The position numbers and the translations under genes are program-made. A stretch of DNA of 64,000 bases from Squalus acanthias (Eukaryota): positions 78,680,001 to 78,744,000 of the forward strand of contig CM059432.1 of NCBI GenBank assembly GCA_030390025.1. The letters are read 5' to 3'. Every line of letters begins with the position of its first letter. Positions within the stretch are counted from its first letter, which is position 1. Positions 52,467 through 63,917 of the stretch are shown piece by piece. The notes beneath the pieces are model-generated. The model searched no databases. It saw only the letters and a program-made list of their open reading frames with translations, and was not told the DNA's origin.

Positions 52467-53533
52467 AGTAAAGAGATACAGAATCGCCAAAGCATATATA
52501 GATAGAGAACAATGCATGTGTTACTTACAAAAGCAGACGACTACATTTAAATCACCCTGACTGTTTATCTGCCAAGGTGTGACAAAAGGCAATCAGTTCA
52601 CATCAAAGACATAGCAAGATACAACTGAGACAATGAGGTGGAGCCACAGGGGGTCCAATGTGTCAAAAGCCGCAGTATGGGAAACGATAAACTTTAAAAT
52701 TTTTACTTTTTTACTGGGAATCACATCTGTTAACAAGCCAACGACGACTCGAGTCTGGATCACGTCATGTATCGTGACATAAACCCAAGATCCCGGTTGA
52801 GGCCGTCCTCATGAGTGCGGAACTTGGCTATCAGTTTCTGCTCGATGATTTTGCGTTGTCGTGTGTTTCTAAGTCCGCCTTGGAGAATGCTTACCCGCAG
52901 ATCCGAGGCTGAATGTCCTTGACTGCTGAAGTGTTCCCCGACTGGGAGGGAACACTCCTGCCTGGCGATTGTTGCGCGGTGTCCGTTCATACGTTGTCTC
53001 AGTGTCTGCATGAACGGACACCGCGCAACAATCACCAGGCAGGAGTGTTCCCTCCCAGTCGGGGAACACTTCAGCAGTCAAGGACATTCAGCCTCGGATC
53101 TGCGGGTAAGCGTTCTCCAAGGCGGACTTAGAAACACACGACAACGCAAAATCATCGAGCAGAAACTGATAGCCAAGTTCCGCACTCATGAGGACGGCCT
53201 CAACCGGGATCTTGGGTTTATGTCATGATACATGACGTGATCCAGACTCGAGTCGTCGTTGGCTTGTTAACAGATGTGATTCCCAGTAAAAAAGTAAAAA
53301 TTTTAAAGTTTATCGTTTCCCATACTGCGGCTTTTGACACATTGGACCCCCTGTGGCTCCACCTCATTGTCTCAGTTGTATCTTGCTATGTCTTTGATGT
53401 GACCTGATTGCCTTTTGTCACACCTCGGCAGATAAACAGTCAGGGTGATTTAAATGTAGTTGTCTGCTTTTGTAAGTAACACATGCATTGTTCTCTATCT
53501 ATATATGCTTTGGCGATTCTGTATCTCTTTACT

Positions 53534-53575
53534 TCACCTGAGGAAGGGGCGATCGATAGCTCCGAAAGCTTGTGA
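53534..53575 (+). ncRNA. Minimal hammerhead ribozyme motif (right arm)
   Basis: TCAC-CTGAGGA-A-GGGGC gatcgata GCTCC-GAAA-GC-TT-GTGA: stem I TCAC/GTGA, stem II, palindromic stem III AGCT. Confidence 0.72.
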
Positions 53576-54000
53576 TTTCAAATAAAACTGTTGGACTATA
53601 ACCTGGTGTTGTGCAACTTCTCATTTTTGTCCACCCCAGTCCAACACCGGCATCTCCGCATCATGACTTTTCTAATAACTGTACAAACCTTGACATCGCA
53701 ATAAATCATTAAATTTCTTGCGGCATTGTTCCGTTGTCCGTGGAATGGTGGTGTTCGCGCTGACAGCCTGGGCAACTTCTGACCAAGCTATCATCTGTCC
53801 TTTCCGCGGCGCCCTGGACTTCTCATTCCCAAGGAGCCGCAGGCACTTCGCCTCAACCTCAGTGAGGAGTGTGCCAATGTCATCGGCACTGAAATTCTGA
53901 GCTCTCTTAATGATGTGAATTGTGCTCATTCCAGCCATTTCACTTTGCTGATTAATTAAAATGAATGAAAAAAATGCTTTCAGGGCTTTTAAAATACTTG

Positions 54001-54893
54001 GGGGGAAAAATTCAGTTGGTTGCGCCTCCCGTTAGCGCCTTAAGAGGGCGCTAATGGGGCGCAAAGCATCTAGCACCCAGGCGCGGCGAAGTTTGCGCCG
54101 CTCGTGAAATTAACTAGACATTTTGCGGCAGCGCTAAACACTACCGCCACGATCTCCTGCGCCGGCAGATCGTGATGTCTGTCGAGTGCGCAGCGCCCCG
54201 GTATCGCCCCGGAGCGGATATTGAGTGGCGCCCCCTGCCTTACCGCCTGACGCTAGCAACGACAGTTTGAGTGGAGCGTTCTGCAGTCATGAAGGGAAAG
54301 GGGGAGCGCTATTTAAAGGTGACCGCTTCCTGCCTTTTATTGTTGGTGCCATTTTTGAACTACGCATTCTGAGAGAGAGAGAGAGAGACTTCTGGAGAGT
54401 TTCAACGTTGTGTGAAGGAGTTTCGGGTACTGAGTAGCACTTTGCAGGTTCATTTTGATTTGCCATTCCTTGTATCGATTTAGAAGAGACTGTGGGGGCT
54501 GCACTCTGAGCTCTTAGCCTGGTACTCTCCATTGTTCTTTCCAGCAGATTTGATGTGCAGGTCTCTCCAGACCGAGATTCAAGGCTGCAATTAGCAGGAT
54601 GTGGAAGGAAAGTGAGATTAATCATCCCCTTTAAGAACTGGCCCGTGCCATTGTGTGTGTGTTCCATTGCTGACTGACATTACATGAGCTTCGCCAGCGC
54701 TCTGAGGTAGCGCCTCGCTCCTCGGCCTTTGCGCCTTAAGACAGGTGTGAAGCGCCTGATTTAGTGCTCCAATCACCTCCAGGGGCGATAAAAGTCAAGT
54801 TTGCAGTCGGTGGCGATAATTAGTGCCAGGCGCTAATCTTTGCGCCCGGCCGATAATTGCGCCCCAAATGGGGCGATACTGAATTTCTCCCCC
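54001..54893. mobile_element. GC-rich Harbinger-type MITE upstream of the Myb start codon
   Basis: TIR GGGGGAAAAATTCAGT / ACTGAATTTCTCCCCC; flanks TTG/TTT; left end homologous to 9295. Confidence 0.88.
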
Positions 54894-55666
54894 TTTAAAT
54901 TGCTTCAAATCTCTTTAAAACTATTTAAGATTCTTCCAATCCATGTAAAAGTCTTTAAAAGTTTCTAAAAGTTAGCAAAAGATTCAGAAAACTACAAAGA
55001 ATCTACTTACCACGCTGTTCTGCATCTAATTCCGGTTTCCAAAGCTACGGTTCAGCTGAAAAAAATCGGGGGCGTGGCCTATGCAAATACAACTTCTGAG
55101 GGCGGGTCTCCACTACCCTCGACGCCCTAGGCTCCGCGCACGCTGCGCTCCTGGGCGGCGTGACGTCAGACGCTGCCCGGGAGTCCTCTGGATGAAAACA
55201 GAATTCTACGCCGGCCCAGAGCATTACGGTCAGCGCGGTTCTTTTGTGCAGGTCGGGGGCTTCCGCCCATGGGAAGCCTCCGAGCGGAATTTCTGGGCCA
55301 TGAGATCCTGAGGGGTCTGGACAGGGTGGATGTGGAGAGGATGTTTCCTCTTGTGGGAGAATCTAGAACTAGGGGTCACTGTTTAAAAATAAGGGGTCGC
55401 CCATTTAAGACAGAGATGAGGAGAAATTTTTTCTCACAGAGGGTCGTGAGTCTTTGGAACTCTCTTCCTCAGAGGGCAGTGGAAGCAGAGTCTTTGAATA
55501 TTTTTAAGGCAGAGATAGATAGATTCTTGATAAGCAAGGGGGTGAAAAGTTATCGGGGGTAGGCGGGAATGTAGAGTAATCGGATCAGCCATGATCTTAT
55601 TGAATGGCGGAGCAGGCTCGAAGGGCCGAGTGGCCTACTCCTGCTCCTAATTCGTATGTTCGTATG

Positions 55667-56788
55667 TAAAAGCTCATGGTGTAGGGGGTAACATATTGGC
55701 ATGGATAGAAGATTGGCTAACTAACAGGAAACAGAGAGTAGGCCTAAATGGGTCATTTTCTGATTGGCAAGATGTAACGAGTGGTGTGCCACAGGGATCA
55801 GTGCTGGGGCCTCAACTTTTTACAATTTATATAAATGACTTGGATGAAGGGTCCAAAGGTATGGTTGCTAAATTTGCTGATGACACAAAGATAGGTAGGA
55901 AAGTAAATTGTGAAGAGGACATGAGGAGGCTACAAAGGGATATAGATAGGTTAAGTGAGTGGGCAAAGATCTGGCAAATGAAGTATAATGTGGGAAAATG
56001 TGAAGTTGTCCATTTTGGCAATAAGAATAAAAAAGCATATTATCTAAATAGTGAGATTGCAGAGCTCTGAGATGCAGAGGGATCTGGGTGTCCTAGTGCA
56101 TGAATTGCAAAAGGTTACTATGCAGGTACAGCAAGTAATTAGGCAAGCTAATAGAATGTTATCGTTTATTGCGAGGGGAATTGAATACAAAAGTAGGGAG
56201 GTTATGCTTCAGTTATACAGGGCATTGGTGAGACCACATCTGGAGTACTGTGTACAGTATTGGTCTCCTTATTTAAGGAAGGATGTAAATGCGTTGGAAG
56301 CAGTTCAGAGAAGGTTTACTAGACTAATACCTGGAATGGGTGGGTTGTCTTATGAGGAAAGGTTGGACAGCTAGGCTTGTATCCGCTGGAGTTTAGAGAA
56401 GAGTAAGAGGTGACTTGATTGAAACATATAAGATCCTGAGGGGTCTGGACAGGGTAGATGTGGAGAGGATGTTTCCTCTTGTGGGAGAATCTAGAACTAG
56501 GGGTCACTGTTTAAAAATAAGGGGTCGCCCATTTAAGACAGAGATGAGGAGACATTTTTTCTCACAGAGGGTCGTGAGTCTTTGGAACTCTCTTCCTCAG
56601 AGGCGGTGGAAGCAGAGTCTTTGAATATTTTTACGGCAGAGGTAGATAGATTCTTGGTAAGGGGGTGAAAAAGTTATCAGGGGTAGGCGGGAATGTGGAG
56701 TAATCAGATCAGCCATGATCTTATTGAATGGCGGAGCAGGCTCGAAGGGCCGAGTGGCCTACTCCTGCTCCTAATTCGTATGTTTGTA
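55667..56788 (+). mobile_element. Tandem second CR1 copy (3' ~1.1 kb), near-identical to the preceding copy
   Basis: Starts TAAAAGCTCATGGTGTAGG (equals 48486); keeps the empty site ACATATAAGATCC; same tail. Confidence 0.93.
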
Positions 56789-57215
56789 TATCCCTTTGCA
56801 GCCTCTTTGCGTCCTCCTCGCATCTTACTTTCCCACCTAGCTTTGTATCGTCGCAAACGTCGATATATTACACTTCGTCTACTCATCCAAATCGTTGATA
56901 TAGATCGTAAATAGCTGAGGCCCAAGCACTGATTCTTGCGGCATTCCTCGAGTTACACCCTGCCATCCCGCAAATGACCGGTTTATTCTTACTCTCTGTT
57001 TTCTGTCCGTTAACCAATCCTCAATCCATGCTAATATATTACCCCCAATCCCATGAGCCCTAATCTTGTGGAACAACCTCTTGTGTGGCAGCTTATCGAA
57101 TGCCTTCTGAAAATCCAAATATATTGCATCCATTGGTTCCCCCTTATCTACCCTGCTAGCTACACCCTCAAAAAAACGAATAGATTTGTTAAACACGATT
57201 TCCCTTTCATAAAAC
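56789..57215 (-). mobile_element. CR1 RT fragment
   Basis: IYLDFQKAFDKLPH..PQESVLGPQLFTIYINDLDE. Confidence 0.85.
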
Positions 57216-60131
57216 TGCGGCCACGCAGCTTAAAGAGAACATTGCTACAGATGGCCTTGCAGGACGACCTCGAGGAACTGGTGGCTGGAAATATGAAATT
57301 GAGTCACAGCGTTTCTTCTTCTTCTTTGCTCTCCTCTCCCTCTTCTTGTTCAACCACTGGCTGGGCAGACTGGATTTCTTGGGTGTCTGAAATGCGGAAG
57401 GCATATGGGTAGGGTTGTGGTGAGGGGAGAGGGTAATGCAAGAGGTGCATGCTTACACCATGTGCAGCTTGTAAATCAAAAGAGATAGTGGGTATGGGGG
57501 AAGTGGGATGTGAGGAGGAGGATAACATATCATAGAATCATAGAAAGTTACAGCACGGAAGGAGGCCATTTCGGCCCATCGTGTCCGCGCTGGCCAACAA
57601 AGAGCTATCCAGCCTAATCCCACTTCCCAGCTCTTGGTCCGTAGCCCTGCAGGTTAGAGCATTCCAAGTGCACATCCAAGTACTTTTTAAATGTGGTTCG
57701 GGTTCCTGCCTCTACAATCCTTTCAGGCAGTGAGTTTCAGACCCCCACAACCCTATGGGTGAAGAAATTTCCCCTCAAAACCCCTCTAAACCTTCCACCA
57801 ATTACTTTAAATCTGTGCCCCCTGGTTTTTGACCCCTCTGCTAAGGGAAATAGGTCCTTTCTATCCACTTTATCTATGCCCTTCATAATTTTATACACCT
57901 CAATAAGGTCTCCCCTCAGCCTCCTCTGTTCCAAGGAAAACAGACCCAGCCTATCCAGTTTTTCCTCATAGCTAAGATTCTGTACTCCCGGCAACATCCT
58001 TGTAAATCTCCTCTGTACCCTCTCTAGTGCAATCACATCTTTCCTGTAATGTGGTGACCAGAACTGCACGCAGTACTCTAGCTGAGGCCTAACTAGTGTT
58101 TTATACAGTTGAAGCATAACCCCCTGCTCTTGTATTCTATGCCACGGCTAATAAAGGCAAGCATTCCGTATGCCTTCTTAACTACCTTATCTACTTGGCC
58201 TGCTACCTTCAGGAATCTGTGGACATGCACTCCAAGGTCCCTTTGTCCCTCGACACTACTCAGTGTCCTACCATTTAATGTGTATTCCCTTTCCTTGTTA
58301 GCCCTCCCCAAATGCGTTACCTCACACTTCTCCGGATTGAATTCCATTTGCCACTGTTCTGCTCAACTGACCAATTTATTGATATCTTCCTGCAGTCTAC
58401 AGCTTCCTTCTTCAGTATCAACCACACAGCCGATTTTAGTATCATCTGCAAACTTCTTAATCATACCCCCTATATTCAAATCTAGATCATTGATATATAT
58501 CACAAAAAGCAAGGGACCTAGTACTGAGCCCTGCGGAACCCCACTGGAAACAGCCTTCCGGTCACAAAAACACCCATCAACCATTACCCTCTGCTTCCTG
58601 CCTCTGAGCCAGTTTTGAATCCAACTTGACACTTTGCCCTGGATCCCATGGGCTTTTAACTTCGTGACCAGTCTGCCATGTGGAACCTTATCAAAAGCCT
58701 TGCTAAAGTCCATATACACTACATCAAACACACTACCCTCATCTACCCTCCTTGTTACCTCCTCAAAAAATTCAATCAAGTTTGTCAGACACGACCTTCC
58801 CTTAACAAATCCGTGCTGACTATCCTTGATTAATCCATGTCTTTCTAAATGAAGATTTATCCTGTCCTTCAGAATTCTTTCCAATAATTTTCCCACCACT
58901 GAGGTTAGGCTGACTGGCCTGTAATTACTTGGTCTATCCTTTTCTCCCTTTTTAAACAAGGGTACCACATTAGCAGTCCTCCAGTCCTCCGGCACCACAC
59001 CTGAAACCAGAGAGGATTGAAAAATGATGGTCAGGGCCTCTGCTATTTCCTCTTTTGCTTCGCTTAATAGCCTGGGATGCATTTCATCCGGGCCTGGGGA
59101 TTTATCCACTTTTAAAGCTGCTAAACTCCTTAATACTTCCTCTCTCACTATGTTTATTTCATCTAATATTTCACACTCCTCCCCCCCCCCCCCCCGATAG
59201 CAATGTCTGCTTCGCCCCTCTCCTTTGTGAAAACAGACGCAAAGTATTCATTAAGAACCCTACCGATGTCTCCTGCCTCCACACACAGATTACCCTCATG
59301 ATCTCTAATAGGCCCTACCCTTTCTTTAGTTATCCTCTTACTCTTAATATATTTATAAAACATCTTTGGGTTTTCCTTGATTTTACTTGCCATGAATTTT
59401 TCATGCATAGGATACCGGCATCTTATATTCAGCCATGCCCCTGCCAAGAATGGCCAGCACTGTCTCCTCCAAGGGGGTGAGGTGAAGCTAGGAACATGTT
59501 TGATAGAGATTGTTGGTAGGTGATTGATGGACTGGTGGTTGTTCATTGAGCAGTGTGTGAGGCTAGTGCTAGTGGAGACGGCTTTTGAAGATACATTCAC
59601 TGACCTTGACCACTGGTCTGAGGTCATGAAACTTCTTTGGGCACTGGAGCCAGGTCCTGAGGGCGACACTGCTGGCAGTGACGGTCTCAGCGATCTGGTC
59701 CCACATCCTTCTTTCTGGAGGGCCTCCTGTGGGTAGAGGACCATTCTTCCAGTTTGATCCCCTGCACAAAGCTGGAGTGCTGCGTCTGAGACTCTGGGTG
59801 CCCTTTCCCTGGCCTGCTGAGCTATTTGTGTTAGTTTTGAAGCACTTTTAGCATTTCTTATATGCAGGAGGCAGTTCAGCTTTAAGAGCTGGAGACTGCC
59901 TTGAAAAGGAGCAGGCTAGCTTTAAGTATAGCTAGCCTTGCTCCAGCGACGCAAACTTCGGCCCCCTGCTGAACACACAGCCTGTCAGCAGTGCATTCCT
60001 CGCTAGGCTGTGCACTCCTATCGTGTTAATTTGCAGGCAGCACCAAATTGACATGCTGAATGGGTGCGGGCATGTCTCGCATCATTGTGCCCGTGCCCGT
60101 GCCCATTTTTTCCATTATTGAATTTCACCCC
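57216..60131 (-). mobile_element. Degraded Myb-bearing Harbinger derivative split by a CR1 (pieces ~57216-57528 and ~59409-60131)
   Basis: MWDQIAETVTASSVALRTWLQCPKKFHDL..K|GTCAGT; exon 3 start DTQEIQSAQP like 38107; terminus TGAATTTCACCCC. Confidence 0.72.
57529..59408 (-). mobile_element. 5'-truncated CR1 LINE (RT plus 3' end)
   Basis: ORFs 58363-59148, 58093-58347 and 57737-58117 give consecutive RT motifs; tail (ATCATAGA)n. Confidence 0.93.
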
Positions 60132-62491
60132 TAAAATGTTTAGAATAAACATATTGGATATTAGACGGGAAGATGGAAAAAAAGTATGATGAAAATTTAA
60201 ATAATCAAAATAAAACAGAGGGAATGAAAAGAGAACAAAAAGACTCACAGGATCTAGGGTCAGGGCAGAGTCAGATAGTTATAATAAAGTTAACCGGTGT
60301 CTGCACCAGCTTGGGTGCATCTTGAGCATCCGTTACAGGACGGTGTTGAAAATTCAGTGCTAGATAACCACTTGTGGATGCCTTATGGTCCCCCTCCCCT
60401 CCCCTCCGCCCCCTCTCTCAAAAGTGCAGGCTTTCCTGCTGACCAGCCCCCATTTATAGGAGGGGCAATCACAAAGTTAAATTGCTGGATTTCTGTGATA
60501 TTCCACACCATAACCCCAGTCTGGAAACCCCGGTGGGCCCAATTTCCTCCCTTAACTGACCTGCATGGGTGCTTCGTCTCAGCATTAAGGTTGCTGGGCA
60601 GCAGGGAGGCTGGAGGCCAAGGAAATTCCCAGGGTAGGATATCACTCCCCTTAGCCTCCAATTTACATGTTAGCCGAGCATCTCACACCCAAGTTCTGCT
60701 AGGAATTCTGGAGTTTCCAGGCCCAAGTATTGAATTTTCTTTATATTTTAAATTGATGTGGTTATTTTTATAGTTTAGGAGTCATTTTACAATAACAAAA
60801 CTATTCCTGGCATTTTAGTATCTTGATTCCTGTGACATTAGTGTTTGTTTTGATATCATGACATGAAAGCTGAAAACTTATAAAACTGATCAGAATATGT
60901 CATTTTACTGGGCCTGTTGGCACTCTAAGGGTTAATACTACTCTGTTCTTACAGGGGTTTCTGTCTTAAATATTGTTGCAGGTGCTGTCCATTCCCATAA
61001 GTGATCCGAGCATTCCTATGTCCAGGAGTGTGCCCTTAATTTGCAATATCTAACTATGTGATAATGTAACTCAGTGATGCAACAGTGTGCCCACCCACTA
61101 TTGACAATGACTGTTCGAAATCCCAGGGTCAGGATTATTTAAACATTTTGGGTGGGTGCTTCTGCCATGAGTGGGGGAGGAAAGAATTTTACATTGGCAC
61201 CTTGCTGCAGCATTAGCAAGTCCCAAGGCTTCTTCTCTTGCTTTCAGCAAGGCAATCAATTGGAGAGTGAAAGAGTGAAAACTAGCCTTTTGCATTTTAA
61301 ATTCCTCAGTTTCCTCCCCTGCATCCCCTGAATGGCCCTAGCAATGCTGGACACCAGGGACACACAGTCATAACACCTAATATTACTAAGGGCATAATGA
61401 GAAAAGTGCGTAGTATGACGTATTTCCCTCATTTACATATTATAATACATCTTCCCATTTATGATTGGACATACAATGGACTCAATTTTGCCAGGCCCGA
61501 GGAGGCGGGATTGGAGGCGTGTGAGGTGTTAAAATCACAAAAAATGGCGTGCGGGCCCGATCCCGCCTCCATCCCACCTCCGAGCAATTTTCCCAGAATC
61601 GGGGTTTCAGACCCCGTTTCCATCCCGCCTCCAAGAGGCGGGATAGGACCTTAAGGCCCTTAACAACCAATTAATTGCCTCTATAATCCAATTTTGAGAG
61701 GCCTTTCTGATTTTTAGACATTTCCCCATCCTACACGCCTCCTCTGGAACACGCCAGGTAATCCTGGTGGCCTCACAAGTGGATTGCTTAGTAACAGCTG
61801 CAGCTCCACCATTAAAAAGGAGTTTTCAGCCATCATCATTTGCAGGTGGCAGAACTTTGTTGTCTCAGGTCTGGGGGAACTTTTAGCAGGCCTATTCATT
61901 GTTGTGGAAGTTTGGAGCCTGAGATCCATTTCCAGTGTGACCTCCTGGGAAACCCCTCTCACCACCTTGCCTGAGCGCTTCCTCAACTGAGGTATATAGC
62001 AGAAGCATGGGAACCATTTATTTCCTTAACTCCTGGACATCAGATTCGGACGAAGACCACCCGGGGCAGCAGCAGAACCCTGAACAACAGCAGCACCAAC
62101 AGCAGGAGCAACAACAGGAGCGCCAAGCTGTTGCTCATCCACCTGAAACTGCACAGGCCAGAAGGCACCAGCGTGCGACCACATTGCTGCCCGGGATGCA
62201 AGGGACGCACTCATGTTGGCCAGATTTGCTTAGCCTGCACAATCAAACACTTTTGTCTCGCACCTTCTTACCAGAGCATCGACAATGGACAAGAACCTGC
62301 GGATTCCTATCACTCTGACCACCATACTGACAATTGCAAGTCACCCTAAGCCCTCAATGTGGAAGTCCCATTTGCAAAATGACACAGGCCACAACTTCCA
62401 CAGATTGTCATCAAATCTGTTTATGATACCATGACAAGGATGGCTGGTCCAAATACAATAAATCGCAGCACCCAAGTGACTACCCTTGTGA

Positions 62492-63917
62492 CTACTTGTG
62501 CATTATCTTCCTCTTACACGTGCTCCTACATGGTGCTTCCCCTGTGGCTTCAGCAGATGTGGAGGCACTTTGCTCACTTTCTTGCTGCTCCTGTCTCGAC
62601 ACCTTTGGCGGGCGTCCTCTAGGGTTGCGAACCTGTGAGGGCTCGGCAACAGTCTGCTGCTCCTGCGGCTGTGCAGGGGCTGAGACGCCCATCTCAGTTG
62701 GGTGAGGAATCTGGTGGGGCTCTGACCGAGGGCTTTGCAGTGGCATGGTCGTGTGAGTACTTGGAGAGGAGCCCCCACTTCCTTGTTGTCTGCCACCAAC
62801 ATCCCGCTCATGGGTCAGCCCCACTTCAGAGCTAGCAAGTGGCTTGACAGCACCTTGCTGCACTTCAGGGGGGCCATGAGGACCCGTTTCTGCACTGGAA
62901 GTCCTATTCCAGAGGACTTCCATGAAGGTCTGGTTTCTATGCTCAATAGCTGACCATCGCTCCTCAAGAGATGTCATTCTATTCTGAACAATGACCATGT
63001 TTTCAAGACCCTGGCGACAAAGCTCCTCCATGGCCGTAGCCATCCTCTCCTCTACCAGTAGCCATCCTCTCCTCTACAGTAGCCAGCCTTACCACGGAGT
63101 TAGCCATCCTTTCCACGGAGGTTGCCATCCTTTCAGCGGTGATGCGTTAATGCGCCAATGCCTCCACAAATGCTCTGCTCATGTTCGCGATGGACCCCTC
63201 CATTCGCTCCACACTCGCAGCGACCCTGGAGACAAAACCTGCCAGAGACTCCTGCACCTGTTCCTGGAGTTCCAGCACTGCTCTCCTTCTGGATGGACCC
63301 GGAGGCACAGGGTCGACATGCAGCTGAGCCGAGCTGGCAGAGTCCTGCGCCCTCCAACGAGGACTCTCCATTGCTGTCCCTGTCTCCACCATCTGCTGAT
63401 GCTCACTTGTGAGCTGTGATACACCAGGTGACAACACTACTCTAGCTCGCGAAGGTCCCACCAAGGTGTGAGTGTCTGCGCTGGTGCTGGGTGCGCTGAA
63501 TTCTGCTGACGCTGCGCCCTCACTGGTTGTAACTTCCTCTGAGGAGTCTGGAAGCTCAGGCTCTTCCTCCTGGACAGTGGGGACGGGGGCTCTCGATGGT
63601 CCTGTTGGGGAGTAAAGGAAAGAGTTAGAGATGTGAGGTTAAGGTTACATGCACATTGAATAGTGCAGATGATCATAAGTCAATCTGTTAGAGCATCAGA
63701 TTCATTATCAGTGACTTATGCAATGTCAATGAGAGAGATGCCAAACTATTCTGTCACCAGCTTGCTGTGATGCGCCTGTCTGTCCGTCCCCCACTTGGGA
63801 ATCCTCCTCGATCCCGGTGATTTCCAGAGCCGCATCCTCCCAGGCCGTGAGCTGGGCTACTGAGGGTGGCCCTCCTCCTGTCATGGCTCTTTCCCTCTTA
63901 TTGTGGGCTCTATTTTC
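62492..63917 (-). pseudogene. Myb/SANT-like gene exon 2 (63917-63758) and exon 3 (63601-62492); one stop and one frameshift
   Basis: AG|ENRAHNKRERAMTGGG..G|GT; exon 3 open to TAA at 63147, +1 shift near 63055, ends CRSTCKRKIMHK*. Confidence 0.85.
63029..63134 (-). repeat. 5 x 21-bp tandem repeat encoding coiled-coil heptads
   Basis: Units of GARAGGATGGCNACNNNNNNG type; the fourth unit is 22 bp. Confidence 0.8.

Larger units (their letters stand above)
52378..53663. mobile_element. Penelope-like retroelement: 5'-truncated inverted pair (GIY-YIG C-terminus plus pseudo-LTR)
   Basis: 616-bp inverted arms (52375-52990, 53010-53625), 19-nt spacer; QTLRQRMNGH..PVGEHF..GH..RKIIEQKLI..GLNRD; 13-bp TSD TGACTTTTCTAAT. 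Confidence 0.93.
50900..53938 (-). pseudogene. Three-exon Myb/SANT-like gene (exon 1 53938-53689, exon 2 52053-51894, exon 3 from 51775), disrupted
   Basis: KRAQNFSADDIGTLLTEV..AWSEVAQAVSA..RTTEQCRKKFNDLLR; SKTVHNARERALTGGG; coiled-coil ORF 51107-51502; exon 1/2 phases no longer match. Confidence 0.82.
49257..55299. mobile_element. Harbinger element with a Myb gene and vestigial transposase; hosts a Penelope hairpin and a MITE
   Basis: Perfect 14-bp TIR GGCCCAGAAATTCC / GGAATTTCTGGGCC, TSD ATG; transposase trace RRNYYPPQRVYRER near 50385-50428. Confidence 0.93.
47465..55666 (+). mobile_element. Young CR1 LINE split by a 6-kb Harbinger insertion (pieces ~47465-49256 and 55300-55666)
   Basis: ORF 47816-49256 has a complete RT (NYRPVSLTS, QHGF, LDFQKAFD, PQGSVLGP, FADDTK), resumes ILRGLDRVD at 55303; tail (TTCGTATG)n. 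Confidence 0.95.
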
